Shown piece by piece: positions 1 through 17,343 of a stretch of DNA of 40,202 nucleotides (positions are counted from its first letter, which is position 1; the number at the start of each line of letters is the position of its first letter). A program made the translations under genes and the position numbers. The notes under the pieces are model-generated. The model searched no databases, was not told the origin of the DNA, and saw only the letters and a program-made list of their open reading frames with translations. This DNA is from Paracoccaceae bacterium (lineage in GTDB: Bacteria; Pseudomonadota; Alphaproteobacteria; Rhodobacterales; Rhodobacteraceae): positions 1-40,202 of the forward strand of contig RFUP01000001.1 in NCBI GenBank assembly GCA_009922885.1, read 5' to 3'.

Positions 1-1
1 G

Positions 2-3000
2 GATGACGGCAAGGTCACGCAGTTGCTGGTGCCCTACGAGCAGATCCTCGGCAAATTCGTCGCCAAGGACATCATCAATGAAGAGAATGGCGCAATCTAT
101 GTCGAAGCCGGTGACGAGATCACACTCGGCCATGACCGTGACGGCGCTGTTTCCGGCGGCACGCTGAAGACCCTGCTCGATGCAGGCGTCAACACCATTC
201 CGGTTCTCGACATCGATAACGTCAACGTGGGCGCCTACATCCGCAACACGATGGCCGCCGACAAGAACATGAACCGTGACGGCGCGCTTCTCGACATCTA
301 CCGCGTGATGCGTCCGGGCGAACCGCCGACCGTTGAAGCCGCTTCGGCTCTCTTCGACACGCTGTTCTTCGATAGCGAGCGTTATGATCTCTCGGCCGTT
401 GGCCGCGTGAAGATGAACATGCGTCTCGACCTCGACAAGCCGGACACCCAGCGCACGCTCGACCGCGACGATATCGTTTCCTGCGTCAAGGCTCTCGTGG
501 AACTCCGCGATGGCAAAGGCGAGATCGACGACATCGACCACCTCGGCAACCGTCGCGTTCGCTCCGTTGGCGAGCTGATGGAAAACCAGTACCGTGTTGG
601 CCTCCTGCGCATGGAGCGCGCGATCAAGGAACGTATGTCCTCGGTCGAGATCGACACCGTGATGCCGCAAGACCTGATCAACGCGAAGCCCGCTGCTGCG
701 GCTGTGCGTGAATTCTTCGGCTCTTCGCAGCTCTCGCAGTTCATGGACCAGACCAACCCGCTTTCGGAAGTCACCCACAAGCGCCGCCTTTCGGCACTTG
801 GCCCGGGCGGCTTGACCCGCGAGCGTGCAGGCTTCGAAGTCCGCGACGTTCACCCGACCCACTATGGTCGTATGTGCCCGATTGAAACGCCGGAAGGTCC
901 GAACATCGGTCTGATCAACTCGCTCGCCACCTTCGCGCGTGTGAACAAGTATGGCTTCATCGAAACCCCGTACCGTGTTGTGAAAGACGGTCAGGTGACG
1001 GACGAAGTGCATTACATGTCCGCTACCGAAGAAATGCGCCACACCGTGGCGCAGGCGAACGCAACGCTCGACGAGAGCGGCAGCTTCGTGAACGAGCTTG
1101 TGACCACCCGTCAGGCTGGTGACTACACCCTCGCACCGCGCGAGCAGGTGGACCTCATCGACGTGTCGCCGAAGCAGCTGGTTTCGGTTGCAGCATCGCT
1201 CATTCCGTTCCTCGAAAACGACGACGCTAACCGCGCTCTCATGGGCTCGAACATGCAACGTCAGGCCGTTCCGCTTCTCCGCGCCGAGGCACCGCTCGTC
1301 GGCACCGGTATGGAAGGCAAAGTGGCTGTCGACTCCGGTGCGGCGATCATGGCCAAGCGCGGCGGTATCATCGACCAGGTCGATGCGCAGCGTATCGTGA
1401 TCCGGGCAACCGAAGATCTCGAACTCGGTGACGCAGGCGTGGACATCTACCGCCTTCGCAAGTTCCAGCGTTCGAACCAGAACACCTGCATCAACCAGCG
1501 TCCGCTGGTGAAAGTGGGCGACCGCGTTTCCAAAGGTGAAGTGATCGCCGATGGCCCGTCGACCGATATGGGTGAACTGGCGCTCGGTAAGAACGTGCTC
1601 GTCGCGTTCATGCCGTGGAACGGTTACAACTACGAAGACTCCATCCTGATCTCCGAGCGCATCGCGTCGGACGACGTGTTCACCTCGATCCACATCGAGG
1701 AATTCGAAGTCGCAGCCCGTGACACCAAGCTCGGCCCGGAAGAGATCACCCGCGATATCCCGAACGTCGGCGAGGAAGCGCTCCGCAACCTCGACGAAGC
1801 GGGTATCGTCTACATCGGCGCTGAAGTGCAGCCGGGTGACATTCTCGTCGGTAAGATCACGCCGAAGGGCGAAAGCCCGATGACGCCGGAAGAAAAGCTC
1901 CTCCGCGCCATCTTCGGTGAAAAAGCCTCTGACGTTCGTGACACCTCGCTTCGCGTGAAGCCGGGCGATTACGGCACCGTTGTGGAAGTCCGCGTGTTCA
2001 ACCGCCATGGCGTTGATAAAGACGAGCGCGCGCTGCAGATCGAGCGTGAAGAAGTCGAACGTCTGGCACGTGACCGTGACGACGAACTCGCTATCCTTGA
2101 GCGCAACATCTACGCGCGTCTGAAGTCCATGATCCTCGGCAAGACCGCGGTGAAGGGTCCGAAAGGCGTGAAGCCGAACACCACCATCGACGAAGAATTG
2201 CTGTCGTCGCTCTCGCGTGGCCAGTGGTGGCAGCTTGCCCTCGCGGAAGAGGACGATGCCAAGGTCGTTGAAGCGCTGAACGAGCAGTATGAAGCTCAGA
2301 AGCGTGCCCTCGACAACCGTTTCGAAGACAAGGTCGAGAAAGTCCGTCGTGGCGACGACCTGCCTCCGGGCGTGATGAAGATGGTCAAGGTTTTCGTGGC
2401 TGTGAAGCGCAAGCTGCAGCCGGGCGACAAGATGGCCGGTCGTCACGGGAACAAGGGTGTGGTTTCGAAAGTGGTTCCGCGCGAGGACATGCCGTTCCTC
2501 GCAGATGGTACCCCGGTCGACATCTGCCTTAACCCGCTCGGCGTGCCGTCGCGTATGAACGTCGGTCAGATCCTCGAAACCCACATGGGTTGGGCGGCTC
2601 GTGGCCTCGGCATCCGCATCGACGACGCGCTCGGTGACTACCGCCGCACCGGCGACCTGACCCCGGTTCGCGAAGCCATGCGCCATGCCTATGGCGATGA
2701 CGTCTACGAAGAAGGCATCAAAGGCCTCGACGAAGACATGCTGGTGGAAGCGGCCTCGAACGTGACGCGCGGTGTTCCGATCGCAACGCCGGTCTTCGAC
2801 GGTGCGAAGGAAGCGGATGTGAACGATGCGCTCGCACGTGCCGGTTTCGACACGTCGGGTCAGTCGGTCCTCTTCGATGGCCGCACGGGCGAACAGTTCA
2901 GCCGTAAAGTGACGGTGGGTGTGAAGTACATTCTGAAGCTTCACCACCTCGTGGACGACAAGATCCACGCCCGTTCGACCGGCCCGTACTCGCTCGTCAC

Positions 3001-3277
3001 GCAGCAGCCGCTGGGCGGTAAGGCCCAGTTCGGTGGCCAGCGCTTCGGTGAAATGGAAGTTTGGGCTCTGGAAGCTTACGGCGCCGCCTACACCCTGCAG
3101 GAAATGCTGACGGTGAAGTCGGATGACGTGGCAGGCCGGACCAAGGTCTATGAGTCGATCGTCAAGGGCGAGGATAACTTCGAAGCGGGTATCCCAGAGA
3201 GCTTCAACGTTCTCGTGAAAGAAGTCCGCGGCCTCGGCCTGAACATGGAACTCCTGGATGCGGAGGGGGATGAATAA
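2..3277 (+). CDS. rpoB: DNA-directed RNA polymerase subunit beta (5'-truncated at window edge)
   Basis: The frame is open from the window edge; TTG at 23 is an internal Leu with no upstream stop. Beta-subunit signatures are present: 'NMQRQAVPL', '[64 protein letters not shown]'. rpoC follows directly. Confidence 0.98.
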   Translation, partial: DDGKVTQLLVPYEQILGKFVAKDIINEENGAIYVEAGDEITLGHDRDGAVSGGTLKTLLDAGVNTIPVLDIDNVNVGAYIRNTMAADKNMNRDGALLDIYRVMRPGEPPTVEAASALFDTLFFDSERYDLSAVGRVKMNMRLDLDKPDTQRTLDRDDIVSCVKALVELRDGKGEIDDIDHLGNRRVRSVGELMENQYRVGLLRMERAIKERMSSVEIDTVMPQDLINAKPAAAAVREFFGSSQLSQFMDQTNPLSEVTHKRRLSALGPGGLTRERAGFEVRDVHPTHYGRMCPIETPEGPNIGLINSLATFARVNKYGFIETPYRVVKDGQVTDEVHYMSATEEMRHTVAQANATLDESGSFVNELVTTRQAGDYTLAPREQVDLIDVSPKQLVSVAASLIPFLENDDANRALMGSNMQRQAVPLLRAEAPLVGTGMEGKVAVDSGAAIMAKRGGIIDQVDAQRIVIRATEDLELGDAGVDIYRLRKFQRSNQNTCINQRPLVKVGDRVSKGEVIADGPSTDMGELALGKNVLVAFMPWNGYNYEDSILISERIASDDVFTSIHIEEFEVAARDTKLGPEEITRDIPNVGEEALRNLDEAGIVYIGAEVQPGDILVGKITPKGESPMTPEEKLLRAIFGEKASDVRDTSLRVKPGDYGTVVEVRVFNRHGVDKDERALQIEREEVERLARDRDDELAILERNIYARLKSMILGKTAVKGPKGVKPNTTIDEELLSSLSRGQWWQLALAEEDDAKVVEALNEQYEAQKRALDNRFEDKVEKVRRGDDLPPGVMKMVKVFVAVKRKLQPGDKMAGRHGNKGVVSKVVPREDMPFLADGTPVDICLNPLGVPSRMNVGQILETHMGWAARGLGIRIDDALGDYRRTGDLTPVREAMRHAYGDDVYEEGIKGLDEDMLVEAASNVTRGVPIATPVFDGAKEADVNDALARAGFDTSGQSVLFDGRTGEQFSRKVTVGVKYILKLHHLVDDKIHARSTGPYSLVTQQPLGGKAQFGGQRFGEMEVWALEAYGAAYTLQEMLTVKSDDVAGRTKVYESIVKGEDNFEAGIPESFNVLVKEVRGLGLNMELLDAEGDE

Positions 3278-3330
3278 GCGGTTCGCCCGCTTTCCCTTCC
3301 CTTCTGCTACCCTCATTCAAGGATCGTGAA

Positions 3331-7539
<4,209 letters not shown>

Positions 7540-7563
7540 ACTTCGCCAAATTTGAAACGAAAG

Positions 7564-7596
7564 CCCCCGCACCTTGGTGCGGGGGTTTTCTTTTTT
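7564..7596 (+). terminator. Rho-independent terminator downstream of rpoC
   Basis: 8-bp GC stem cccccgca (7564-7571) / tgcggggg (7578-7585), 6-nt loop, then ttttcttttttc. Confidence 0.85.
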
Positions 7597-7638
7597 CGAA
7601 CGTGATGGTTCTTTGAGGGCGGTAACGAGGAGGATTCA

Positions 7639-8448
7639 ATGCCGATTGATGTTCGTCTGCAAATCGTTGGGGTGATCCGGTTCTCGGTGTTGACCGATGA
7701 CTTCACGCCACTGAACTATGGCGATGCGGGCAGCATGCGGGCCAATTTTTTCGAACCCAATCGTTTATCTGAACGCCTCAAGATGTTCGAAACCCTTTGC
7801 CTGTCTACCTTGGGACGTCAGACCGATAAGGATTTTCGCTGCGCGATCCTGACATCCGAAGAGATGCCGAAACCAGTGCTCGAAAAGCTGTCGGATATTA
7901 TCGCCCCCTATCCGCAATTCGTTCTTCATGTTGCGCCGATTGGCCATCACTACGCGCTCATTAAAGACGCCTATGATGCGGCCGCAAACCCGGGGTTCAC
8001 CCATAGATGCAGTTTCCGACTGGATGATGATGATGGCCTTTCGCTCGATTACATCGCGCGCCTTCGAAGTCTCTCACTGAAGCTATTGGAGATAAGCCGT
8101 GACCCGTTCTTCATTGCCTTCAACCGTGGCATCTATCTCGATCGCACGAAACCGTTTGAAAATGCCCTGACCGATGCAGTAGAGCGCGCCCCGCTTTCCG
8201 CCGGCACGGCGCTGGTGCATCCGGACGATCTTGTCACTAATCCCTACCGCTACAATCATCGTGCGTTCCAACAGCATCATAATACCTACTCCGAAATCGA
8301 CGAGGCGATGTTCCTGCGGACGATCCACGCTGACAACATCTCAAATCCGGACTTGCGGGGGATCATCGGAAAGAAGAAACAGGAGAAAATCGAAGCGATA
8401 ATCCGGAAGCGGTTCGGGTTATCGGTAGAAACGCTCAGGTCTCTTTGA
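7639..8448 (+). CDS. Hypothetical protein, glycosyltransferase-like (resembles the 'putative rhamnosyl transferase' family; acidic DxD-type 'RLDDDDG' motif)
   Basis: 269-aa ORF with ATG start and a GAGGAGG RBS 6 nt upstream. From memory it resembles the Pfam 'Rhamno_transf'-type family: N-terminal 'VGVIRFSV', 'RLKMFETLCLSTLGRQTDKDF', 'FRLDDDDGLSLDYIARLR', 'FNRGIY'. No HMM search was possible. Confidence 0.55.
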   Translation: MPIDVRLQIVGVIRFSVLTDDFTPLNYGDAGSMRANFFEPNRLSERLKMFETLCLSTLGRQTDKDFRCAILTSEEMPKPVLEKLSDIIAPYPQFVLHVAPIGHHYALIKDAYDAAANPGFTHRCSFRLDDDDGLSLDYIARLRSLSLKLLEISRDPFFIAFNRGIYLDRTKPFENALTDAVERAPLSAGTALVHPDDLVTNPYRYNHRAFQQHHNTYSEIDEAMFLRTIHADNISNPDLRGIIGKKKQEKIEAIIRKRFGLSVETLRSL

Positions 8449-8450
8449 AT

Positions 8451-9344
8451 ATGGCACTTTCAGACAATCTCCGTGGTGCCTTGCTCATGATGGGCTCCAT
8501 GGCGGCGTTCACGGTCAACGATGCTTTCATGAAATCCTTGGCAGGCGATGCGCCTCTGTACCAGCTCCTCTTCCTGCGTGGTATTCTGGCGACATCCCTG
8601 ATCGGTGTGCTTGCGCTGTCGCAGCTTGCCTTCACAGCGTCCATACCCAGACGGGATATCTACCTGATACTGGGGCGCGTGGTGGCTGAAATCGGCGCTG
8701 CCTATTACTTCCTGACAGCGCTCTTCAATATGCCGCTCGCTAACCTGACGGCGATCCTGCAAGCGCTCCCTTTAACGGTGACTTTGGCTGCTGCCGTAAT
8801 CTTCCGCGAAAAGATCGGCTGGCGTCGAATGACTGCTATCCTTGTTGGCTTTACGGGCGTGCTCCTCATCGTCCGTCCCGGCACGGAAGGCTTCAACATT
8901 TTCTCCCTCTACGCCTTGGTATCCGTGGCGTTTGTAACCGCCCGTGATCTCTTCACCAGACGCCTCAGCGGGGCCACGCCTTCGCTCCTCGTTACATTCT
9001 CAACCTCAGTCTCTGTGATGCTGGCTTTCGGCATCGCGAGCCTCTGGCAGGAGTGGCAACCGATTCCCTTCGATATCGGTTGGAGGATTGTCGGGGCAGG
9101 GGGGATGGTTACGCTCGGCTATCTCTTCTCGGTCTTGGCGATGCGCGTGGGCGAGATCGGATTCGTCGCGCCGTTCCGATATACGAGCTTGATCTGGGCA
9201 CTGATCCTTGGCTTCGCTATTTTCGGTGATTGGCCTCAGATTTTGACCCTTATCGGGGCGGCAATCGTGACTGCATCGGGCCTTTTTACTCTTTGGCGCG
9301 AGCGCCAACTTGCGCGATCAAAGCGGGGTGGCGGTGGGCACTAA
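8451..9344 (+). CDS. EamA/DMT-superfamily transporter (10 predicted TM helices)
   Basis: About 297 aa and very hydrophobic with a duplicated 5-TM architecture, typical EamA features ('MGSMAAFTVNDAFMK', 'RPGTEGFN'). ATG at 8451; the ORF track starts at TTG 8445. Begins 3 nt after the TGA of the upstream gene. Confidence 0.8.
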   Translation: MALSDNLRGALLMMGSMAAFTVNDAFMKSLAGDAPLYQLLFLRGILATSLIGVLALSQLAFTASIPRRDIYLILGRVVAEIGAAYYFLTALFNMPLANLTAILQALPLTVTLAAAVIFREKIGWRRMTAILVGFTGVLLIVRPGTEGFNIFSLYALVSVAFVTARDLFTRRLSGATPSLLVTFSTSVSVMLAFGIASLWQEWQPIPFDIGWRIVGAGGMVTLGYLFSVLAMRVGEIGFVAPFRYTSLIWALILGFAIFGDWPQILTLIGAAIVTASGLFTLWRERQLARSKRGGGGH

Positions 9345-9362
9345 ATGCCTCGTCGCCCTGTG

Positions 9363-9391
9363 TTGACAACCCCTCCGACTCCCCCTATACG
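9363..9391 (+). promoter_or_regulatory. Candidate sigma70-type promoter of the str (rpsL) operon
   Basis: TTGACA (9363-9368), exact 17-bp spacer, TATACG (9386-9391), followed by the GC-rich discriminator CGCCCC. Lies 18 nt after the stop of the upstream gene. Confidence 0.6.
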
Positions 9392-9664
9392 CGCCCCATC
9401 CAAGCTTGGGGGGGTAATCCGCCCGAGCGCTATCAGAACTGTTGTGGTCACGATCCGGCAATAGCCCGATCCTCTGGAAACCCACCGCGTCGTTCCCGCG
9501 AAAAGAGGGAACGCATGCGGTTTTTTGCGTCGCATTGCGTCGCTTGAGTTTTGCACCGACCAGACGGTGCAGTCGGTAACCTGCGGACGCGCGGGGTGCC
9601 TTAAACGAAACCCGCAAGGTCCGCCTTGCAAACACATGTGTTGAGAAACGGGGAAAGAGACCCA

Positions 9665-10036
9665 ATGCCAACGATCCAGCAGCTGATCCGCAAGCCGCGG
9701 CAGCCCAAAGTCAAACGGTCCAAGTCGCAGCACCTGGAGCAGTGCCCGCAAAAGCGTGGCGTCTGCACCCGCGTCTATACGACCACGCCGAAAAAGCCTA
9801 ACTCCGCTATGCGTAAAGTTGCCAAGGTCCGCTTGACCAATGGCTTCGAGGTGATCTCCTACATCCCCGGCGAAAAGCACAACCTTCAGGAACACTCCGT
9901 GGTTCTGATCCGTGGCGGCCGTGTAAAAGACCTTCCCGGTGTGCGTTACCACATCCTGCGCGGCGTTCTGGATACTCAGGGCGTCAAAGACCGTAAGCAG
10001 CGTCGTTCGAAATACGGCGCGAAGCGTCCGAAGTAA
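9665..10036 (+). CDS. rpsL: 30S ribosomal protein S12
   Basis: '[12 protein letters not shown]...[21 protein letters not shown]...[13 protein letters not shown]'. The true start is ATG 9665; the ORF-track start at 9626 is an upstream in-frame extension. Confidence 0.97.
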   Translation: MPTIQQLIRKPRQPKVKRSKSQHLEQCPQKRGVCTRVYTTTPKKPNSAMRKVAKVRLTNGFEVISYIPGEKHNLQEHSVVLIRGGRVKDLPGVRYHILRGVLDTQGVKDRKQRRSKYGAKRPK

Positions 10037-10048
10037 GAGGATCCACAG

Positions 10049-10519
10049 ATGTCCCGTCGTCACGCAGCAGAGAAGCGCGAAATTCTTCCGGACGCAAAGT
10101 TCGGTGACCGCGTTCTCTCGAAGTTCATGAATAACCTCATGATCGATGGCAAGAAATCGGTCGCTGAGCGCATCGTGTACTCGGCTCTCGAGCGTATCGA
10201 AGCCAAAGTGAAGCGCGCACCCGTCGAGCTGTTCCATGAAGCTCTCGACAACATCAAGCCGGCCGTCGAAGTTCGTTCGCGCCGCGTTGGTGGTGCAACC
10301 TACCAGGTTCCGGTCGAAGTTCGTACCGAGCGCCGTGAAGCGCTCGCGATCCGCTGGCTCATCGCCGCAGCTCGCAACCGCAACGAAAACACCATGGAAG
10401 AGCGCCTCGCTGGCGAGCTTCTCGACGCCGTGAACGGCCGTGGTTCGGCGGTTAAGAAGCGCGAAGACACCCACAAGATGGCAGACGCAAACAAAGCGTT
10501 CAGCCACTACCGCTGGTAA
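10049..10519 (+). CDS. rpsG: 30S ribosomal protein S7
   Basis: 156 aa, '[20 protein letters not shown]...[11 protein letters not shown]'. Canonical position after rpsL. Confidence 0.97.
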   Translation: MSRRHAAEKREILPDAKFGDRVLSKFMNNLMIDGKKSVAERIVYSALERIEAKVKRAPVELFHEALDNIKPAVEVRSRRVGGATYQVPVEVRTERREALAIRWLIAAARNRNENTMEERLAGELLDAVNGRGSAVKKREDTHKMADANKAFSHYRW

Positions 10520-10531
10520 GGAGCTCAGCCA

Positions 10532-12655
<2,124 letters not shown>

Positions 12656-12735
12656 TCGGTGCGGCGGGGTGAACCCCGCCCTACCACAAACCCGTAGGGC
12701 AGGAGCTTCCTGCCACCCGACAAAGGAGAATTAAG

Positions 12736-13911
<1,176 letters not shown>

Positions 13912-13928
13912 TTACTTCTGGGTTCGAC

Positions 13929-13957
13929 GAGGGCCGGTGGGCAAGCCACCGGTCCTC
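13929..13957 (+). promoter_or_regulatory. Stable stem-loop between tuf and rpsJ (no U-tract)
   Basis: 12-bp stem 13929-13940 / 13946-13957 with one G.U pair and a GCAAG loop. Followed by ctatcaac, so it is not a classical terminator. Confidence 0.45.
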
Positions 13958-13988
13958 CTATCAACTCTAAGCCGCGAAAGGCTGTACT

Positions 13989-14303
13989 ATGCAAAGCCAA
14001 AACATTCGCATCCGGCTCAAGGCCTTCGATTACCGCGTACTGGATGCCAGCACGCAGGAAATCGTGAACACGGCCAAGCGCACTGGTGCACAGGTCCGTG
14101 GGCCCATCCCGCTGCCGAACAAGATCGAAAAGTTCACGGTTCTCCGTGGACCGCACATCGACAAGAAGTCCCGTGACCAGTTCGAGATCCGCACGCACAA
14201 GCGTCTCCTCGACATCGTTGACCCGACCCCCCAGACCGTGGACGCGCTGATGAAGCTCGACCTCGCCGCTGGCGTGGACGTCGAGATCAAACTGCAGTCG
14301 TAA
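13989..14303 (+). CDS. rpsJ: 30S ribosomal protein S10
   Basis: '[19 protein letters not shown]...'. 104 aa. Confidence 0.97.
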   Translation: MQSQNIRIRLKAFDYRVLDASTQEIVNTAKRTGAQVRGPIPLPNKIEKFTVLRGPHIDKKSRDQFEIRTHKRLLDIVDPTPQTVDALMKLDLAAGVDVEIKLQS

Positions 14304-14315
14304 GGAGACCTTTCG

Positions 14316-15035
14316 ATGCGTTCCGGTGTTATCGCCAAAAAAGTGGGTATGACCCGCTTGTTCATGGAAGACGGCCGCCAGATTCCGGTGACCGTGCTTC
14401 AACTCGACAATCTCCAGGTTGTCGCTCAGCGCACCTCCGACAAAGACGGCTACACTGCCGTTCAGCTCGGTGCAGGTTCCGCGAAAGCGAAGCGTACGAG
14501 CCAGGCAATGCGTGGCCACTTTGCGAAATCGGGCGTTGCCCCGAAGCGCAAGGTTGCTGAATTCCGCGTGTCGCCCGAAAACCTGATCGAAGTCGGTTCC
14601 GAAATCTCTGCTGAGCATTACATTGCTGGCCAGAAGGTTGACGTGTCGGGCACCTCGATCGGTAAAGGCTTCGCAGGTGCCATGAAGCGTCACAACTTCG
14701 GTGGTCTGCGCGCCTCGCACGGCGTTTCGATCTCGCACCGCTCGCACGGTTCGACTGGCCAATGCCAGGATCCGGGCAAGGTGTTTAAAGGCAAGAAGAT
14801 GGCTGGCCACCTCGGTTCGGTCCGCGTCACCACCCAGAACCTCGAAGTCGTCCGCACGGATGCCGATCGTGGTCTGATCATGGTGAAGGGCGCTGTTCCC
14901 GGTTCCAAGGGCGGTTGGGTCACCATCAAAGACGCCGTTAAGAAAAAGCTGCCGGACGGCGTTCCGTTCCCGGCTGCTCTGAAGGCTGCGGAAGCCGCGG
15001 CTGCCGAAGCGCCCGCTGAAGGGGGTGAAGCATGA
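14316..15035 (+). CDS. rplC: 50S ribosomal protein L3 (with Ala/Glu-rich C-terminal tail)
   Basis: '[16 protein letters not shown]...'. 239 aa. S10-operon order. Confidence 0.97.
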   Translation: MRSGVIAKKVGMTRLFMEDGRQIPVTVLQLDNLQVVAQRTSDKDGYTAVQLGAGSAKAKRTSQAMRGHFAKSGVAPKRKVAEFRVSPENLIEVGSEISAEHYIAGQKVDVSGTSIGKGFAGAMKRHNFGGLRASHGVSISHRSHGSTGQCQDPGKVFKGKKMAGHLGSVRVTTQNLEVVRTDADRGLIMVKGAVPGSKGGWVTIKDAVKKKLPDGVPFPAALKAAEAAAAEAPAEGGEA

Positions 15036-15649
15036 AACTTGATGTGATCAATCTCGACGGCGGTAAAGCCGGGTCGGTGGAGCTTGATGAGGCCCTGTTC
15101 GGTCTCGAGCCCCGCGCGGACATTCTGCACCGTGTGGTGCGTTGGCAGCGTGCGAAAGCACAAGCTGGCACGCACTCGACGCTCGGCCGCGCAGAAGTGT
15201 CCTACTCGACCAAGAAGATCTACCGCCAGAAGGGCACCGGTGGCGCACGTCACGGTTCCAAGAAGGCACCGATCTTCCGTCACGGTGGCGTCTACAAGGG
15301 TCCGGTCCCGCGCAGCCACGCGCATGACCTGCCCAAGAAGTTCCGCGCTCTCGGCCTGAAGCACGCGCTTTCGGCCAAGGCAAAAGCGGGTGAGCTGGTC
15401 ATCATCGATGCAGCTGCTTCGGAAGGCAAAACCTCGGCACTCGCCAAGCAGGTGAAGAACCTCGGTTGGAAGCGCGCGCTCATCATCGATGGCGCCTCGG
15501 TCAACGAGACCTTCGCTCAAGCCGCGCGCAACATCGAAGGTCTGGATATCCTCCCGACCATCGGCGCCAACGTCTACGACATCCTCAAGCGTGACACGCT
15601 CGTGATCACCAAAGCGGGGATCGAAGCTCTGGAGGCACGACTGAAATGA
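15032..15649 (+). CDS. rplD: 50S ribosomal protein L4
   Basis: 205 aa. ATGA overlap with rplC. '...[10 protein letters not shown]...'. Confidence 0.96.
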   Translation: MKLDVINLDGGKAGSVELDEALFGLEPRADILHRVVRWQRAKAQAGTHSTLGRAEVSYSTKKIYRQKGTGGARHGSKKAPIFRHGGVYKGPVPRSHAHDLPKKFRALGLKHALSAKAKAGELVIIDAAASEGKTSALAKQVKNLGWKRALIIDGASVNETFAQAARNIEGLDILPTIGANVYDILKRDTLVITKAGIEALEARLK

Positions 15650-15942
15650 CCGCGAAGGCAAACCAGTACGACGTGATCCGCAAGCCGATCATCACCGAAA
15701 AGGCCACTATGGCGTCTGAAAATGGCGCAGTGGTTTTCGAAGTGGCGATGGACGCAGCGAAACCCGAAATCAAAGCCGCTGTCGAAGCGATCTTTGGTGT
15801 GAAGGTCAAAGCAGTGAACACCACTGTGACCAAGGGTAAGGTCAAGCGCTTCCGTGGCCGTCCCGGCGAACGCCGTGACGTCAAGAAAGCCTACGTCACC
15901 CTCGAAGAGGGCAACACGATCGACGTGGCCACCGGCCTCTGA
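15646..15942 (+). CDS. rplW: 50S ribosomal protein L23
   Basis: 98 aa. ATGA overlap with rplD. '[14 protein letters not shown]'. Confidence 0.96.
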   Translation: MTAKANQYDVIRKPIITEKATMASENGAVVFEVAMDAAKPEIKAAVEAIFGVKVKAVNTTVTKGKVKRFRGRPGERRDVKKAYVTLEEGNTIDVATGL

Positions 15943-15964
15943 TTTGTGTTCTAACGGACTTGAG

Positions 15965-15999
15965 GACCCCCGGCGAACACCGGGGGTCTTCGTTATTTT
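15965..15999 (+). terminator. Terminator-like hairpin after rplW, inside the S10 cluster
   Basis: 9-bp stem gacccccgg (15965-15973) / ccgggggtc (15980-15988), 6-nt loop, then an interrupted U-tract ttcgttatttt. Confidence 0.55.
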
Positions 16000-16049
16000 G
16001 CGGTTCGATTGAATGCTTTGGAATCTTTTGGACCATTTGCATTCAGGCC

Positions 16050-16078
16050 TTGACCCCCTAGGCGGGGCCACGTAAACG
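16050..16078 (+). promoter_or_regulatory. Candidate internal promoter upstream of rplB
   Basis: TTGACC (16050-16055), 17-bp spacer, TAAACG (16073-16078). An AT-rich stretch lies upstream (aatcttttggaccatttgcatt). The -10 is weak. Confidence 0.4.
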
Positions 16079-16218
16079 GACGCATCTTCGAGGCCCCGGA
16101 TTCGTTCGGGGCCTTGCAGTGTTTTGAACCTGGGGACCTTCGGGGCCCTACAACTGCGGCGCAAGCCGCGTCAACAGCGGCAGCGTAAGCTGCCCGATCG
16201 AAACGGAAGACAGGAAGC

Positions 16219-17058
16219 ATGGCACTCAAGTCGTACAAACCGACGACGCCTGGCCAGCGTGGGCTGGTTCTGATCGACCGTTCGGAGCTGTATAAAGGAC
16301 GCCCCGTCAAGGCTCTCACCGAGGGTCTTACGAAATCTGGCGGCCGGAACAACACCGGACGAGTCACAGCACGCCGCCGTGGTGGCGGGGCAAAGCGTCT
16401 CTACCGCATCGTCGACTTCAAGCGTTCGAAGTTTGATGTTGTGGCAACCGTGGAACGGATCGAATACGACCCGAACCGCACCGCCTTCATCGCTCTCATC
16501 AAGTATGAAGATGGCGAACAGGCATACATCCTCGCGCCGCAGCGCCTCGCCGTTGGCGACAGCGTCGTTGCTGGCAAGAAGGTTGATATCAAGCCGGGTA
16601 ACGCGATGCCGTTCTCGGGCATGCCGATCGGTACGATCGTGCACAACGTCGAACTGAAGCCCGGCAAGGGTGGTCAGTTGGCGCGTGCCGCTGGTACCTA
16701 CGCTCAATTCGTCGGTCGTGACGGTGGCTATGCACAGCTGCGCCTTTCTTCGGGCGAACTGCGCATGGTGCGTCAGGAGTGCATGGCAACTGTTGGTGCC
16801 GTGTCGAACCCCGACAACTCGAACCAGAATTTCGGTAAAGCAGGCCGTATGCGTCACAAGGGCATCCGCCCGAGCGTCCGCGGTGTTGCCATGAACCCGG
16901 TTGACCACCCGCACGGCGGTGGTGAAGGCCGTACCTCTGGTGGCCGTCACCCGGTTACCCCGTGGGGTAAGCCGACCAAGGGTGCCAAGACCCGCAATCG
17001 GAAGAAGGCGTCGTCGAAGCTCATCGTTCGTTCGCGTCACGCTAAGAAAGGGCGCTAA
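16219..17058 (+). CDS. rplB: 50S ribosomal protein L2
   Basis: 279 aa. '[15 protein letters not shown]...', '[17 protein letters not shown]'. Confidence 0.97.
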   Translation: MALKSYKPTTPGQRGLVLIDRSELYKGRPVKALTEGLTKSGGRNNTGRVTARRRGGGAKRLYRIVDFKRSKFDVVATVERIEYDPNRTAFIALIKYEDGEQAYILAPQRLAVGDSVVAGKKVDIKPGNAMPFSGMPIGTIVHNVELKPGKGGQLARAAGTYAQFVGRDGGYAQLRLSSGELRMVRQECMATVGAVSNPDNSNQNFGKAGRMRHKGIRPSVRGVAMNPVDHPHGGGEGRTSGGRHPVTPWGKPTKGAKTRNRKKASSKLIVRSRHAKKGR

Positions 17059-17061
17059 GAC

Positions 17062-17340
17062 ATGACTCGTTCTGTTTGGAAAGGTCCTTTCGTTGATGCC
17101 TATGTGCTCAAGAAGGCCGAAGCTGCGCGCGCATCTGGCCGCAGCGATGTAATCAAGATCTGGTCGCGCCGTTCGACGATCCTGCCCCAATTCGTGGGCC
17201 TGACGTTCGGCGTGTACAATGGCCAAAAGCATGTTCCGGTGGCTATCACCGAGGAGATGATTGGTCAGAAGTTCGGTGAATACTCGCCGACCCGCACCTA
17301 TTATGGCCATGCGGCCGACAAAAAAGCGAAGCGGAAGTAA
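17062..17340 (+). CDS. rpsS: 30S ribosomal protein S19
   Basis: 92 aa. '[12 protein letters not shown]...[11 protein letters not shown]'. Confidence 0.97.
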   Translation: MTRSVWKGPFVDAYVLKKAEAARASGRSDVIKIWSRRSTILPQFVGLTFGVYNGQKHVPVAITEEMIGQKFGEYSPTRTYYGHAADKKAKRK

Positions 17341-17343
17341 GTC

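Noticed and set aside
9515-9547. A 10-codon upstream ORF (MRFFASHCVA) in the rpsL leader with an AGAGGGA Shine-Dalgarno-like sequence 5 nt upstream.
   Set aside because: The SD-like sequence forms the 3' arm of the 9491-9513 hairpin. The peptide has no regulatory-codon signature, and such a short ORF can arise by chance. It is not supportable without conservation or ribosome-profiling data.
9626-9664. N-terminal extensions offered by the ORF track: rpsL from 9626, rplO from 23451, rpoA from 27133, the rluC-like gene from 31651, aapJ from 34393, and the phosphatase from 39899.
   Set aside because: In each case a downstream ATG gives the canonical conserved N-terminus and has a proper RBS. The extensions run through spacers or through the neighbouring gene in another frame.
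16002-16010. A GGTTCGATT T-loop-like sequence in the rplW-rplB spacer, which could suggest a tRNA or tRNA remnant.
   Set aside because: The flanking bases (tgc / gaatg) cannot form a T-stem, and no acceptor or anticodon arms are discernible.
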